This document shows positions 1-13,689 of a stretch of 56,491 bases of DNA, one piece after another (positions within the stretch are counted from its first letter, which is position 1; each line of letters starts with the position of its first letter). Under the pieces are notes generated by a model, which was given only the letters and a program-made list of their open reading frames with translations, made no database searches and was not told the origin of the DNA. Position numbers and translations under genes: made by a program. Source of the stretch: Trichosphaerium sp. ATCC 40318 (taxonomy: Eukaryota > Protista > Tubulinea); NCBI GenBank assembly GCA_038496445.1, contig JALMLS010000003.1, forward strand, positions 1 to 56,491, given 5' to 3'.

Positions 1-1117
1 ATAAGCGACATTTATCACGAATTGCTTATCTGTTCAAAAATGGCTAGACAAGAGATAAAGCACATACCAAGCCTCGCGCCAACGGGTTCAACACGTCAAA
101 CGTGGAATGATGCATGGGACAAAAAGACATGGTGTCTTGGCACAGGTACACAATATCGCGTTATAAACGCAGTTCTAATGCAAAATAGGGTTTATTATCG
201 AGGGAACAGTAGTTAACAAGCGCAGCCACAGTATAATCGTTAAATCTGCTACAGATTTACCAACAAAGTTCATTGCGTTAAGAGTACGTGCTACACTGCC
301 TAGATAGCAAAAAAGAAGGCGAAAAAAAATCTCAACCGAATTTAATTAAAGTAGGTCCGTTTAACGCGACAAACCTTGAAACGCCATTTCGATGCAACAG
401 GTAAAACAGAAATCGAACCACAATACGAGCAAGAACGTAAAAAAATGACAGGCTATTTATCGTTTCGTACGTTATCTGTTGCTATTTTAAAGTATCGCAA
501 CCGCTCACACACGATAGAAACTACAAAAGCAAAGGCTTTAGGAGCCGTTAGCGCAAAAGATCTTTGTGATATGCTTGGGAGAGGCACTGGGTTGCCAGCA
601 CCTAAAGGCTTCCTAAAACAAGACTCTTTGAACAACTTACACCCGAAAAAAAGTACTACAAAGCGTTTTGTAGTAGTTTCTCAAATTGACTTTTATTTTG
701 CACCTTAGTGTCAGTCTTTGAATTTTGGCTTGACGTCCATGACTTCCAGAGCAAAGATATTCATGTCAATGATAGTAAGTATTATTTACTTTGTTCACAA
801 ATAATAATATCACGTGATAGATGTTCGTCTTAAGACACGTGGAGACTCTATTATTGTTGAATCAATTGCAAAGTTAGTTGAAGATAATAAGCTCTTAAAG
901 AATAATAACTTCTTTGCTGGTGGTAAGTCTTGCGTCTTAAAGACGCTATGTGTCATAGTCTTCTTTCTTTCGTATGTACCTTAACATTTTGAAAGGTACT
1001 GGAGTCAGCGAAGGATGGACTGATAAGATCATGAAGAATAAGTTCGATAGCGATGATGAAGAAGAAGAAGCACCAAAAGAAGAAGGAGACTGTGCTGAAG
1101 ATGATGAATGGGATTAA
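1..1117 (+). CDS. 5'-incomplete multi-exon hypothetical protein with acidic C-terminus (...SDDEEEEAPKEEGDCAEDDEWD*)
   Basis: GTAAGT...AG introns at ~775-820 and ~923-996 join DFQSKDIHVND/NVRLKTRGDSIIVESIAKL...FFAG/GTGVSEGW to TAA at 1115-1117. Upstream exons uncertain. Confidence 0.55.
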
Positions 1118-1415
1118 AACTTTTTGTTAGAAATCTAATGATTGAGAAATAAATCTTACTTAGTAAGTTCACCCTCAAACAATTATTTCATTTGTACATT
1201 TGTGTACTTTTGACAGTGTGTTTTAGTGAGTTATGGCTTGCAACAGAAAATTAAACGGCCAACCTCTAGTAGTAGCCGATAATTTTTTCAAAAAAATGAA
1301 AAAATCGCTACGAGAAAAAGCGGGTTTTAGTTCTCTTAACATTCCAAAAGTGTCTTAAAAAGCCCAAAATTGTACATTGACCTTTTCGCAGTTTTAAGTA
1401 ACCATACGAGCAACA

Positions 1416-4232
1416 ATGCAAGTCGTTCTTTTCGTTTCTTTGGTTCTTATTGGAACTGCGCTATCTAGTACAGTATTAAACTCAGGTGGTTATATTGGTG
1501 ATACTACAGTAAGCTTACATTGTTTGTGAACTGGTTTATTTGTTTGTAACGTACTTGCTTTAGTTTTACAAGGATTCAAGTCCATACGTAGTCCAGGGAA
1601 CTTATACTATCGTTGGAAACCTATTCATCGAGGCTGGAACTCAAATACGCGTAATACTAAACTATTGCTTTTTTTGTGCAACGTGAATACATGTTTAACT
1701 TGCCTTTAGTACAAATACAGTAGCAGTACACTTTATGTGCGACGCGGGGATTTGTATGTCAATGGCACTGATGCAGAACCTGTTCGTTTTGTTTCAAGTA
1801 GTAACAGAACTGGACAAGCAGTTCAGGTAGACAAAGGAACTAGCTACATAAACTTTGCTATTTTCAAAGGATTTTTCCACGCTTTGTACGTCGTTTGTTT
1901 TTTTTTCTTGGAAACACAAGAAAACTAGTTCCTTCTTTGGTTCTGACGAGCTTACTTTTTTTTAACTTTAGGAACGGGTATGCGGTCGTTAGTAATTCTG
2001 TATTCCTTGACAACTACCGTCCTTTGTCACGTGATACCGTACAGAGAGTAACAGACAGTGCTTTTATTAACAACACGAACATCAACTTTACTACCCGTCT
2101 CAAGTTGAAGGTTCATATTTTACTGGATCTGATATGTTGGACCTTGGAAACGAAGTCAAGAACTCGTATTTCTACAGAAATAAGGAAATTGAAGGGCGGT
2201 TTGACACATGTGTATTTGAAGAGAACGAGGTATCATGGTCTTTTTTTTTTTGAAACATTTTTATTTTTGACCTCAAACTGTTGTAACTAATAATACAATT
2301 AACAGGTTGGTTTCCAAGGCAAAGCAAGTCACTCTTTGGTAATTAACAATAAGGTTGGATATGTTCAACCTCGCTACAGGGAAGATGTGGTTAACTTTGA
2401 AGGAACAAACTTTATCAACAATGAGCTTGAGGTCAAGCTAATTTCAAGCAATGATGTAACACTAAACGGTGCTTATTTTGAATCTTTCGGATATGAAGAA
2501 GAAGGTCAGGAGTATGTAAATCATTGAGATATCCTTGAAACTAATTCCTTGTTTTTAAGATATATTTGGGATGTACATGACGACTTCGGGCTTGGATGGG
2601 CTGAAATAAATCCATCTCTTGTTCCATTCGATGTGCCAACAAGTGAAACATTGTGCTTGAAAGTACTTAAGCGCTTGGAAAATGGCTGGCCATACGTTCC
2701 TGTTGGAGAGATTACATTTAGTATTCCATGCTACCGTAAACCATTAGCATCTGGTAATGATTCAGCTAATACCACCGCACCTACTTCTTGGTGGTCACCT
2801 CCATCTGGTAATGGTACAGCTAACACTACCGCACCTACTTCTTGGTGGTCCCCTCCATCCGGTAATGGTACATCTAATACTACCGCACCTACTTCTTGGT
2901 GGTCTCCTCCATCCGGTAATGGTACAGCCAATACTACTGCACCTACTTCTTGGTGGTCACCTCCATCTGGTAATGGCACAGCTAACACTACCGCACCTAC
3001 TTCTTGGTGGTCCCCTCCATCCGGTAATGGCACATCTAATACTACCGCTCCTACTTCTTGGTGGTCACCACCATCCGGTAATGACACAGCTGCACCTACT
3101 TCTTGGTGGTCACCACCATCCGGTAATGGTACATCTAATACTACCGCTCCTACTTCTTGGTGGTCCCCTCCATCCGGTAATGGTACATCTAATACTACCG
3201 CTCCTACTTCTTGGTGGTCACCACCATCCGGTAATGGTACATCTAATACTACCGCTCCTACTTCTTGGTGGTCACCACCATCCGGTAATGACACAGCTGC
3301 ACCTACTTCTTGGTGGTCACCACCATCCGGTAATGGTACATCTAATACTACTGCACCTACTTCTTGGTGGTCCCCTCCATCCGGTAATGACACAGCTGCA
3401 CCTACTTCTTGGTGGTCCCCTCCATCCGGTAATGGTACATCTAATACTACCGCTCCTACTTCTTGGTGGTTCCCTCCATCCGGTAATGGCACAGCTAATA
3501 CCACTACACCTACTTTTTGGTGGTCCCCTCCATCTGGTAATGGCACAGCGAATAATACTAACGGACCAACACCCGGTAATCAGTGGCCTACAAATTGCAG
3601 CAATGTCAAAGTGGTATGAGTTTTTTTACAAAAGTAATTTATCACTTAGTTCTCTTAGGCTGTATTCTCTGTTGCTACTCTAGACTGTGAAGACCCTAGA
3701 CTTGTCTTGGAAAAATATAAATGTACGTACAAAAACAGCCTCTTGTGTAAGTGCACGTGCTAAAATTGATTTTCTAGATATTATGGAAGAAGCATCAGAT
3801 ATTACTATTGTTTCATCAACCTGTAACACTGCACCGAAGGGCACAATGGCAGGCCATATCACATTCGCTTTTGCCTATACAAAAGATACCTACAAATCAA
3901 TACAAAGTAAGTTTTGATAGTAGCAACAAAACTGCAGCCTTGAGTTGTAACACTTTTTTTTTTTTCGAAGAATAATGCAAAGGTTCTTTGCTAATACTGT
4001 ATTGTTAGGCTATAGCTCAAGTGTTGGTTACATTGTGAGCTCACAAGGTAGAGCACTTGAAGAGGTTACTGAGAATCGTCCTCAGAAATTCTCTGCTGGT
4101 TCACTTGCCATAGCGATCGTTTATCTTTTTTTGCTGGACTTGGCATTGCAGCTGTTGTTCTTGTTATTATCTTCAGAAAAAAGTCTGGCTCTACAAACAC
4201 TAGTAATAGTTATGTACGGTATGCTTGAATAA
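1416..4232 (+). CDS. Type I membrane/surface glycoprotein: signal peptide, parallel beta-helix-like region, tandem-repeat stalk, C-terminal TM helix
   Basis: MQVVLFVSLVLIGTALS signal. SPYVVQG...GDLYVNGTDAEPVRFVS and repeated (N/D/G)SxF..N motifs are beta-helix-like. TM FIFFAGLGIAAVVLVIIFRKK. ~7 introns. Two apparent small indels at T-runs (~2088, ~4120) are needed to keep frame. Confidence 0.7.
2749..3555 (+). repeat. Coding tandem repeat, 15 units of 54 nt (three 45-nt variants) encoding TTAPTSWWSPPSGNGT(A/S)N
   Basis: Directly visible. 15 WW-containing units counted in ORF 2549..3619, with mostly synonymous variation between units. Confidence 0.95.
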
Positions 4233-4636
4233 AGTAAAAACTGGCTATTAGCCCCTTTCAGCATTGTTTTCTTGTACACGAGAGTGGTGACTCTAGTATT
4301 ATAAACTTTGCAGCACGTTTCATGCAACGAAACTTAGATTTGATCAAGAGATGTTAATATCTTATGTCTGAGAGCTTAAAAAAGCTACCACAAGCTTGAA
4401 TTAGAATAGTGATTGTCACCTGTAATAGGCCTACACGTGATTTGCTAAAAACTGAACATGCGTGGAGTTTGTATAGGAATTGAGCCGTTTATTTACAATC
4501 ACCAGTACGACGAATTTCAGAAGGCAAAATCCCAACTGTAGGCTGCCATCGTACCCACTAAAGTTATGCCAATGTACTCATAGAATCACAGGGGGAAACG
4601 AAAGTACTGTACAGTTTAGATTTTGTTGTATTTTAA

Positions 4637-6398
4637 TTACTGGGCAGTATTTTCTGGTTGTACAACACGTGCTGGTGGCTGAGGTATTGGATCTGGAACC
4701 ACATGTACACCGTTCTTCATAAAAATAGAAAGTTGTAAATTTCCATCTTCATACCACATTTTACATTCTCCTTCTTCCTTACCGTCAATCATATAACAAT
4801 GCATCTTTAATTGTCCATTAGCATACCATCTCTTATACTCACCATGTTCTTTACCATCTTTCATTGTACACAACCACTGTAACTGACCATTAGGATGCCA
4901 AGTCTTATAATCTCCAAACTCTTTACCACTTTCCATAAAATAAAGTTTTTGTAACTGTCCATTAGGATACCACCTCTTTACTGTACCTTCTCTTTTACCA
5001 TCACTCATAATAAATTTAGACATAATTTGTCCTTGTCTATACCAAGCAAGACACTCACCTTCCTCCTTACCATCCTTCATTGTACACTGTCTATGAAGTT
5101 GTCCGTTGTCATACCATTCTTTATACTCACCTTCTGGTTTTCCTTTAGAGTTCGTAGAACGCAATAACAACTTTCCATTAGCATGCCATTCTTGACATAC
5201 ACCCTCTGATAACCCGTCTTTCATAATATAGTGTGACCGTAATTGTCCATTCTCATACCATTCTTTAAACTGTCCTTCTTTTTTTCCATCAACGATAAAC
5301 GATTGAAACTGTAATTGTCCATTTTGAAACCAAATCTCGCTTAAACCTTCAATAACACCTGCTTTCATTTTACCTTGAGTATGTATTTGACCATTAGAAT
5401 GCCATATCTTAATATCACCTTCCTCTTTACCATCCTTCATAATACATTGTTTATGTAATTGACCGTTTTCATGCCACTTTTTAAACTCACCTTCCTTAAC
5501 ACCATTTTTCATTTCAAATAATAACATGAGTTGATTATTATTATACCACTGTCTAACCTCTCCATCCTCTTTACCATTCCTCATAAAATATTGAGCTTGT
5601 AATGCACCATTAGGATACCATATCTTATACTCGCCTTCTTCTTTATCATTCTCAACAAAAAACTCAAGATAGAGTTGTCCGTTATCATGCCACTTACGAC
5701 ATCTTCCTACTTCTATTCCGTTTTTCATCACACATTGTTTATTAAGTAACCCATTGACATGCCATTCTTTATACTCACCATCTACTTTACCGTCCTTCAT
5801 TGTAGTTTGTGCATATAACTGACCATTACTATGCCATCTCTTTAACTCACCTTGTTCAACTCCTTTTTTCATAAAACATTTTTTCTGAAGTTGTCCATCT
5901 TCAAACCATGCCTTAAACTCTCCTTCTTCCTTACCAGAACACATATTAAACTGTAGTTGAAGGTTACCATTCCTATGGTATTGTCTACACTCTCCTTCTT
6001 CCTTACCATGACGTGTTGTACATTCAGTAAAGAGCTGACCATTATCATACCAACGCTTAAATTTTCCTTCAGATTCGTTGTTAAGTTTATCGATTTGAAG
6101 CTTTAAAACTCCGTTTTTATGCCATATTTTTGTTTCTCCATGCGCTCTACCATGCTTCCAGTGTACTGACGCCCATAACACTCCATCAGCATACCTACAG
6201 TAACGTCAAAATTACGTCAAAGAAAACGCTTTTAAATCAATCTTACCAACCGAGCCATTTGCCGTGTTTCTTCAATTCGCTGTCGTAATGAGTCATTTGC
6301 GCCGCTTTCCGTGATAACAGATGCCATTTCGTAAAAATATCCGGTGCGTATGTACACATCTCTTTCTGGAGCTCCGCTGGTAATTGTAGTAATGTCAT
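4637..6398 (-). CDS. F-box-like N-terminus + ~21 MORN-variant (YwqK-like) 24-aa repeats
   Basis: ATG 6398 gives MTLLQLPAELQKEMCTYAPDIFTKWHLLSRK...KHGKWLG. Intron 6246-6195 (GTAAGA...TAG) joins W-YADGVLW. Repeats WxxNGQL...MKDGKEEGExKxW. Confidence 0.85.
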
Positions 6399-6857
6399 CT
6401 TGTTTGTTGAGGCGGTGGAATGCGCTAGAACGAATTAGGCAACACTGATTGATAGAAAGTCGTCGGTACATTTTTTGGTTTGAGGTTCTTTTAACATTTT
6501 GGTTTGGATTTGTTCTGTGGCTATGCAAAGGTAAGACGACGTAAAAAATGAATAGGGTAGTATTATTAGTGGCATTACGCGTTATTTTGGAATTAGCATC
6601 AACATGAACGCCATAACTCCCGAAACGGCATTTATGTGCCGTATGACCGCGAATTACGTACTTGTAATTAATAACAGGGTGATACGTTATCAAGCAGCGT
6701 TAAAATACGCTTCAGCTAACCCAAAATGGTTATATGCTTCCTAGTACCAAGTCTTTCGCGTTGAAAAGTGCAAACGGTAAGCCAGCAGCGAGACTTAATT
6801 TAGTCCCAAAAAACTGAAAATAACCAATTTTAGTCTTGCACTCGAGTGTCACATCTA

Positions 6858-7653
6858 ATGTTTCTTATTACTGGTTTTTACGCTTCTCTACTTGCTATAT
6901 ACTGTATCCGGCTCATCGCTCGCGTTGTTGGAAACAGGGTAGGCAATAAAATATCGATTGGTACGTAAGAAACCATATTTCTCCTACTTACGCCAATAGG
7001 TGATGGCACACTAAATATTGTTGGCGAAATGATCAAAAAAGATTCAAGAGACGGTAAAGTGCCAAAGGAAGCTCTTAAACAATATAGTGGACTTCAGAAA
7101 TCTATCAGAAGTCACGGTAACTTCGTTGAGTGCGTTCAAACACGCTGACAAAACCTAACTCTTTGTATAGAACTGTGCCACTCTTTCTCATCCTTTTGGC
7201 GTTATTTGAAGCCAGCAGAGAAGGTTCTGTATTCCCAAAGTTAGCTGTACACATTTGGTACGTTTTTTAATTTCAAAGCTTATATCTTAGCTCTAACTCT
7301 TTATAAGCGGTGGTTTGTTCGTAGTGGCTAGAGTTTTGCATGCTGACTTTGGTATGATGGGCGCACGAGGACAAGGATTTGGTATGTCCGGAAAGCGGGC
7401 AAATGATTGCCCAAAAATTTTTTCCTTTTTTTTTTAACTGAGTTTGTATCCATTTTTTAAGCTTTTCAAGCACACCAGTACGCATAACTATGCGTGCTAT
7501 GTTTGTTTTATTGGTTTTAACGTTTGTGTCGCTAACTCTGTTTTTCTAGGGCGTGTTATTGGTATGCTAACAACTTTGCTTTGTATTTTATTCCTCGCTG
7601 GTGCTAATATATACTTGGCTGTACAAGCTGGTATTTTTGAAGAATTATTGTAA
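6858..7653 (+). CDS. MAPEG family membrane protein
   Basis: Spliced sequence MFLITGFYASLL...RVVGNR...ISIGDG...IRSHGNFVETVPLFLILLALFE...ARVLHA...GRVIGMLTT matches MAPEG motifs. 4 introns. Confidence 0.85.
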
Positions 7654-9382
7654 ACTAATAAATTTTTCGCACACGTCATTGTTAAAAAAATATGATTGTC
7701 GGTAATCTGTTGTCGATAATCCGCCTTAATTCCTACAGCTACTTTCTAACCGCTATTTTATCGCTTGGATATTATCATTTCCAACGTTTTAAGAAGGGTT
7801 TAAACGTATTATTAGGTAACGTACGTTAATAAAAAACGTCTGGTCCGATTTGAATATTTGTTTTTGTTTCTATTAAATCCAACACCCTGACACGCTGCGT
7901 CATGCATATACTTACATGTACAATGGCCTAGTCGAACCATTCTACAACTTATTATCGACAACAAGATTTCTTTACATTAGTAGTATAAAACATGAAACGA
8001 CGCTCATAAACCTGAAAAAGGAAAGAAAAACCAGTTCGTTTCACAATTTCGTATCGTCGTTTTCTACTTTTTGGTCCAGATCACCCTGTTCTTTGTGACC
8101 AAGTTCAGGAAAGTATAAAACGTTCTTAATAGTAGTGTAAAGCAGTGGCAACTAAAATTGAATTTAATACAAAAAAGGAAGCGGGAAATGCAAGTACTCA
8201 TTTAGAAGCACATGTAGCGATCCAAAACATCGCCAAAACGGTTCTCACGCCCTAACATAACAACCACAAGGGTTTGTAAATGCGCATTATCCATAATAGA
8301 GTAATTAAAATGGATATTTCAGTGAAGTGTATCCCACAATTTATTTCGATTGCTTTTTTAAGGGTTTATAAACAAATTTGGCAACATTTGTAGACACAAT
8401 AAAAAACGTATTATGTATGTTTGGTATAGTTCCAGTACTCTCCTTAGAGCAATCTTTCAATCTCTTCCTCTTCAGTGTACAACTGATATTAAGTCTTCTC
8501 TACCGCTTACTCCAGGCAGTTGATCAGGGTTTAATGTCATTTGATGACTTAATGAAGAGAGCGTCAGGTGTGCTTCTAAGCCAGCTGATAGTCTTCTTAG
8601 AATCCTTGGAGACTGCAGCGCCCGCGACTCACAAGAAAAATCCCAATATATACGCAAAAAGGAAGGCTCTTAGAAAGAGACTACGCTTGGAAGGCAAGCT
8701 AGCTCCGTCAAAGAAACCGTCCTTGTACCAAGTCAGACGTCGTAGCAAGCACCACACGCTGCGCCGTCAGATCTGGTATCGTTCATTGTGGATGATTTGA
8801 GTGATCATTCGATTAGTGTAGCGTACTAGTCTGAGTGGAAGAAACGGTAAAACCGCGTCTTTTTTGCCTTTTTTACCAATATTTAAATTATACCACCATA
8901 TTTTTTTACAAGCTTTTTCACTAAGGCCTCACTCAAACAAGGTTTCCAAGAGCCTATGGCCCGCAATACGTTCCCAAGAGTCACTGCAGTAGAAGAGCAA
9001 GTTTGGAATAACACAATGTGGTCAGAGAGCTTTTGTAGTCTTCCACACAGCTAACCGTTCAATTATGGTAACTCTGAGACAGTAAGACCATATTTTGCAC
9101 TCTACGCTAAACAAATTACAGCTGCATTGTTTTGTTTGTGTTAAATTTTTTTAGGGTCATGCTTTAGAGAAGTGAGCGTCTGTAGCACGTAATTATTGTA
9201 TACTCCAAGCTTTTGTACGATGGTTTCTCAATTTTTTCTTAAAAACAAGAACGTAAGCAAACGAAAACGCGAATTAATGCCTTGTTTGGTAGAATACGGC
9301 TGAAGTAAGAATTTACAGGAGCAACTAAGAACTGTATACATTTTTTTATTCCTACAAAGAGCAAGAAGTTGTTGTATTTTTA

Positions 9383-10831
9383 TTAATCATTAAAGTGCTG
9401 ATACAAGGAATCAAAACTTGCTTCGTGAATGTCGTATTCTTTAAAAAGAGATTGTAATTTACCATCTTTAAACTTCGCTTCAAGATCAGGTGTATGTACA
9501 CGCACACTAAAAATCAAAGACTTTAAGTACAAAAGAAAAACAAAAGAAGGAAAAATATAGTCAACGCACGCATATAAGAATAAGATTGCAGCTGTGGTCC
9601 AAGTTTGTTTATCAAGTGTTGGTATACCTTCTTCTATAGACATTGTATCAATTAAACGATCAATAATACCATTATATACAGAAGGAGACAAGTCCAAGTG
9701 TTTCAATACAACCAATAATTGTGGTAATAAAAAGTTCATTAGAGCGTTTTTTCTCTTTAATCCAATATCATATCCATCAATCATAGGAAACGCATACTCA
9801 CTCTCCTCGTTTACTTGAGTCTTTGGATCATTTGGAAGAAGTTCCATTCTTGTAAAAGCTCTTGTATTATCAGTAACCCAAAGAGACAAGCAATGATAAA
9901 ATTGACCAAAAGGAGAAAGTTGTGGCATAGGAACAGAATCAGCAGGCTCATAAAATGTTTCTATAGATGCCATGGTATGTGTTGGTTTTTTAGATGGCAT
10001 CTCAGGTTGTGTAGGTGGAGTATCAATTGCTTGTCGCGATTCCTTTATTTCTACTATTTCAGTTTTTTGTATTAGTTCTTGAAGCTCCTTGTCGGCTTCT
10101 AGCTGCTTGAACAAACTGTTGTTTGTATCATTCTCTATTTTGGGAGCCTTGGGGGCTCTTGCTGGCTTTTCTTCGTTCTTTGTTGGCTCAATCTTGGTAA
10201 TTCTAATTACGTTAGTTTCAAAGGGTAGACGGCATTCATTCTGTTGCGTTTACGCCGAAAAGTTGTTACCTTTTCTTTGTTCGTTTTGTTTTTGTTGTAG
10301 GCTTTTTAGAGTCAAATAACTGAGGTAATTTTACGTCGTTAGTGCGTCTGAGGTACACTGGCCCTGTTTCTAGTTGTTCTCTGTAGAACTTTGAAGACAT
10401 GTGACAGGTTGCGCAACAGTACCTTCTTTTTGTTAATTCAAACGTATTTAGATCGTTTTGTATAGTTTTTGTGTTAAAGCGTACATTTTTCTCTCTGACG
10501 CGTCGTATATGCATTTATCCTTTGCGGAGATGATGTACGTGCCTTTTGGCTGGTGCTAAAGTTAATTGATTTACAGAGCGCTCTTATACCTTTGGAGGCA
10601 ACGGTTTCGCACAAAGAGGGTAACCGCACTTGTTTAAAAGGCTTCTCTCTTCAACAACAGCATCAAATGTTGAAGGTGCCAAATAACGTGCCTATAGCAA
10701 TTAAACCGCTTGCTCAATGGCAACTACGAACGTACAGCGTGAAGAAAGAATAGCTTAGCTACTTCATTACCAATTAGGCGCTCTTGCACCTCAAATACAG
10801 TTTTCTCAACCTTGAGTCGTCTGGCAGCCAT
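9383..10831 (-). CDS. RPAP2: RNA polymerase II CTD phosphatase RPAP2/Rtr1 homologue
   Basis: FDAVVEERSLLNKCGYPLC...RYCCATCHMSSKFYREQL Zn-finger signature. Multi-exon. Confidence 0.8.
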
Positions 10832-12049
10832 TGTTTGTGTAAACTAAGTATTCGTTTTCTGTTAACAGCATTTTAAAGGTTGTTTTGTGTTGACTTTTTG
10901 TCAGCTTTTTTTTCTTATTTTTTTCAGGAAATAGTGCTGTTGTAAAATTCATATCACCACGACCTCACGATACTAACTTTTTAAGCATAGTTTGCTGGAT
11001 TTGTTGGATATGATGGTAGGCAACTTGTCTACCTTCTCCAAATCAGAACGGTTCGTATTCTCTTGGTCTAGCAGTATTCTTTGCAAACGACAACTATGAC
11101 CTTAAAACAAAGCATCGCAAAGGTTGATAAAGAAGTCCGTCACAAAGAATAATATCCCATTATCCAAGTAAGTGGCAATCATCATACAGTTGTATTGTTG
11201 AATCCTGTAAAGGGTGCTTACTATCTACATCGAAACGTAGTCTTATAATTGGTAATGGATATCTCAGCAGGATACACATATGCTTATGGAAGAAAGATGA
11301 ATATACCTTCCCATGCACTTACCATGTACTTGTATATTGTTATCATTAGGATGTTTTTATCTGTCAAATGTAATTGAGAACGATGTAGGTGGTGAATATT
11401 GAGAACTCAAAATGCCTTAAGTAAACTATTAACCAAGAAAACGAGGAAGATGTGATCAACGAACTATAAGCCAGATGCTACTGAGCTTATTAAATGGGTA
11501 GAATAGAATAAAGCGAAGCTCTAGATATAAGTTAGTACATTAACAAAGTTCCTTATGCCATGCTTTTAGGTGTTGTATGTGCACTGCCTGTACGTTTTGA
11601 GCAATTTTTTTTGAGAAAAGCGTTATCATTTACTTGCTTAGGTGCATACCTTATAGAGAAGTAACTGAAGCTTTTAGCAACTATAGCCCAAGAGATTTGT
11701 ATGCGCCAAGCTTTTCACTGTTGGATACAAACAAGTCGACACCATACCAGCAAACACGAACACTCAGAGAAGCTGTAACAAAACCAATTGGATGTAGAGT
11801 AATTTGCGTACACTTGTCAGTGTTTACGCTAATTTAGTAACTTAAGGCTCGACACGTGGTTCTATTTTAAGTTCTACCTTCATTTGTATTCCCGATTCAG
11901 TTATAAGTCTTATTTCTTGTACTGCTTGGTTGCGGATATGCCGTTGAAAAGCGTTGCTTATCCAAATGCAATTTCAGTTGCTTGAGCTCTTCAGGTATAA
12001 GACCAAAAGGTCATAGTAAATGACAAATAGTTGACCAGCTACTGATTCC

Positions 12050-12380
12050 TATAATTCCGGAGCTCTACAAGCCAACAATGTATCTCTGTACATTTTTATG
12101 CCAGCTCTTTATTCACATTGAAGGCTTCCGTTTTCTTTGTACCTACGAACCATGTGCTCTTCACATTCATACTCATCTAAAGCGTATAGTAAACCTTGGG
12201 TTATCCGACGTCTTATTGTTCCCCACAACCTACATTCCCCTTTTTGAATCCTGTTTCTAGCATTATACAATTGGTCGAGTGTTGATGTTTCTGTGGCTTA
12301 TAACAGCTTATATACATAGTTCTTGTTAATAAGTATGGTACATATACTAAAAGAAGGTTGTTGCTGAGATTCATTTAGAA
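12050..12380 (-). pseudogene. Possible heavily decayed MORN-repeat gene remnant
   Basis: Fragments IQKGECRLW and RYKENGSLQCE resemble the MORN repeats elsewhere in the window. Many stops and frameshifts. Confidence 0.25.
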
Positions 12381-12468
12381 GATGCAAAAGGTTGTAGTGC
12401 TTGTACAGCTTTCCTTAGTTTACAGCCACTGTTTTTGTTGAGCACTTTGCAACGCTATATTCCTCTTC

Positions 12469-12691
12469 ACCAGGGCCACTTGAACCCAAATCAAGTATTT
12501 TACCACTTAACTACAAGGCCCCGAACTTGTTTTCTTAGGGAATGCCAAACAACTTTGTTACAGAAAATCTATCACCAAAATCGAATTGTCAGATGCCTAC
12601 GTACTTGAAATCGCCTGTATCCGCTGTAATTAACTATACCATAATATATTTCAACGTAATTATCACGAAATATAGGAGTTACGGTTCATAC
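12469..12691 (-). repeat. Left arm of 223-bp inverted duplication, including a truncated tRNA-Pro copy (12469-12520)
   Basis: Reverse complement of 15336-15558 with ~4 mismatches seen by eye. Confidence 0.93.
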
Positions 12692-13689
12692 TATAAGGCT
12701 GTAACCAATAAACAGCAAGACAAGCAGCTGAGAGACGGAGGTTGGACATCCACAATGTGTTGAACAAATCAAGCTTTAAATCTTGTTCATAATGTCCCTA
12801 CAAATACCGTACATCAAGGATATGATTGTGTTTTTAAATTACAAGAACATACTGTCGTCGGAATCAACAAACTATGTTTTCTTAAATTTTGACACTCTTA
12901 CATAAAAGAACTTTGTAAAGTTTGCATTGAAGGCATTGTATCTTCCTTTTCAAAGATTTAGATGGCTTTTAAAAAGTGGATCTTTGTCAGATACTTTCTA
13001 AATAGGCATTCCATCTATCGCTAACACAGTGACGTTGGTGCAGCAATACTTATAGTTACATCATTTGTTTTGACATTGGCTTTAATATCAGGGTCTATAT
13101 TTTGTTTTGCTGTTGACTAGTGATTGTAAATAAACGGCTCTATTAAACAACTTAGTTGTAATACTTGCAACTGTGTACTTTCGGCACTAAAGTGATGCAA
13201 AAGCAAGAGCGTGCAAGTTAACACCTACGTGCAGTGTATTTTACCTTCACAAGTCGAGATGTTGCCGAAAGAGTCAAGCCGAGCTGAGCCAAAAATTTCA
13301 TAACACTACTTTACCATTCAAGGCCCAATAATACAGTACATAATAAACCACCCTCATAGTAAGTAGTATCAAATAAGGAGCTTACATATTTGATAGGACA
13401 AGTAGAAACAGGATTGTGAGGCGCGACATGCTACTTTCAACCTGGAATCTTTGAATACTAGTGTTGCAACACCTCATAACACAGAGTTTAAAGAACACAA
13501 CATTTTTTGTGGATATGCCAGCAAGTGAGAATGAACTCGTACATAGTCGACTGTTGTTTATGGTCTACAGTTGCATGACTGTTCATGGATTGTATACATC
13601 GAGACTGTTTTTACATCACCTTGCCAAAGCCAGTTGTCCTCTGGCAGACAAGAAGGAACACATGCTCTTTACAACAGTCACACTAAGTA

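Noticed and set aside
2731-3683. Long antisense and alternative-frame ORFs over the 54-nt repeat; CRISPR-like appearance
   Set aside because: These are shadows of a stop-free coding repeat. There are no unique spacers and no cas genes.
7382-7549. Long MAPEG intron with two small hairpins
   Set aside because: Hairpins are short and no snoRNA boxes are evident.
8378-9090. Basic ORF (KRKALRKRLRLEGK...) and nearby coding-like sequence
   Set aside because: No ATG, consistent splice model or recognisable family.
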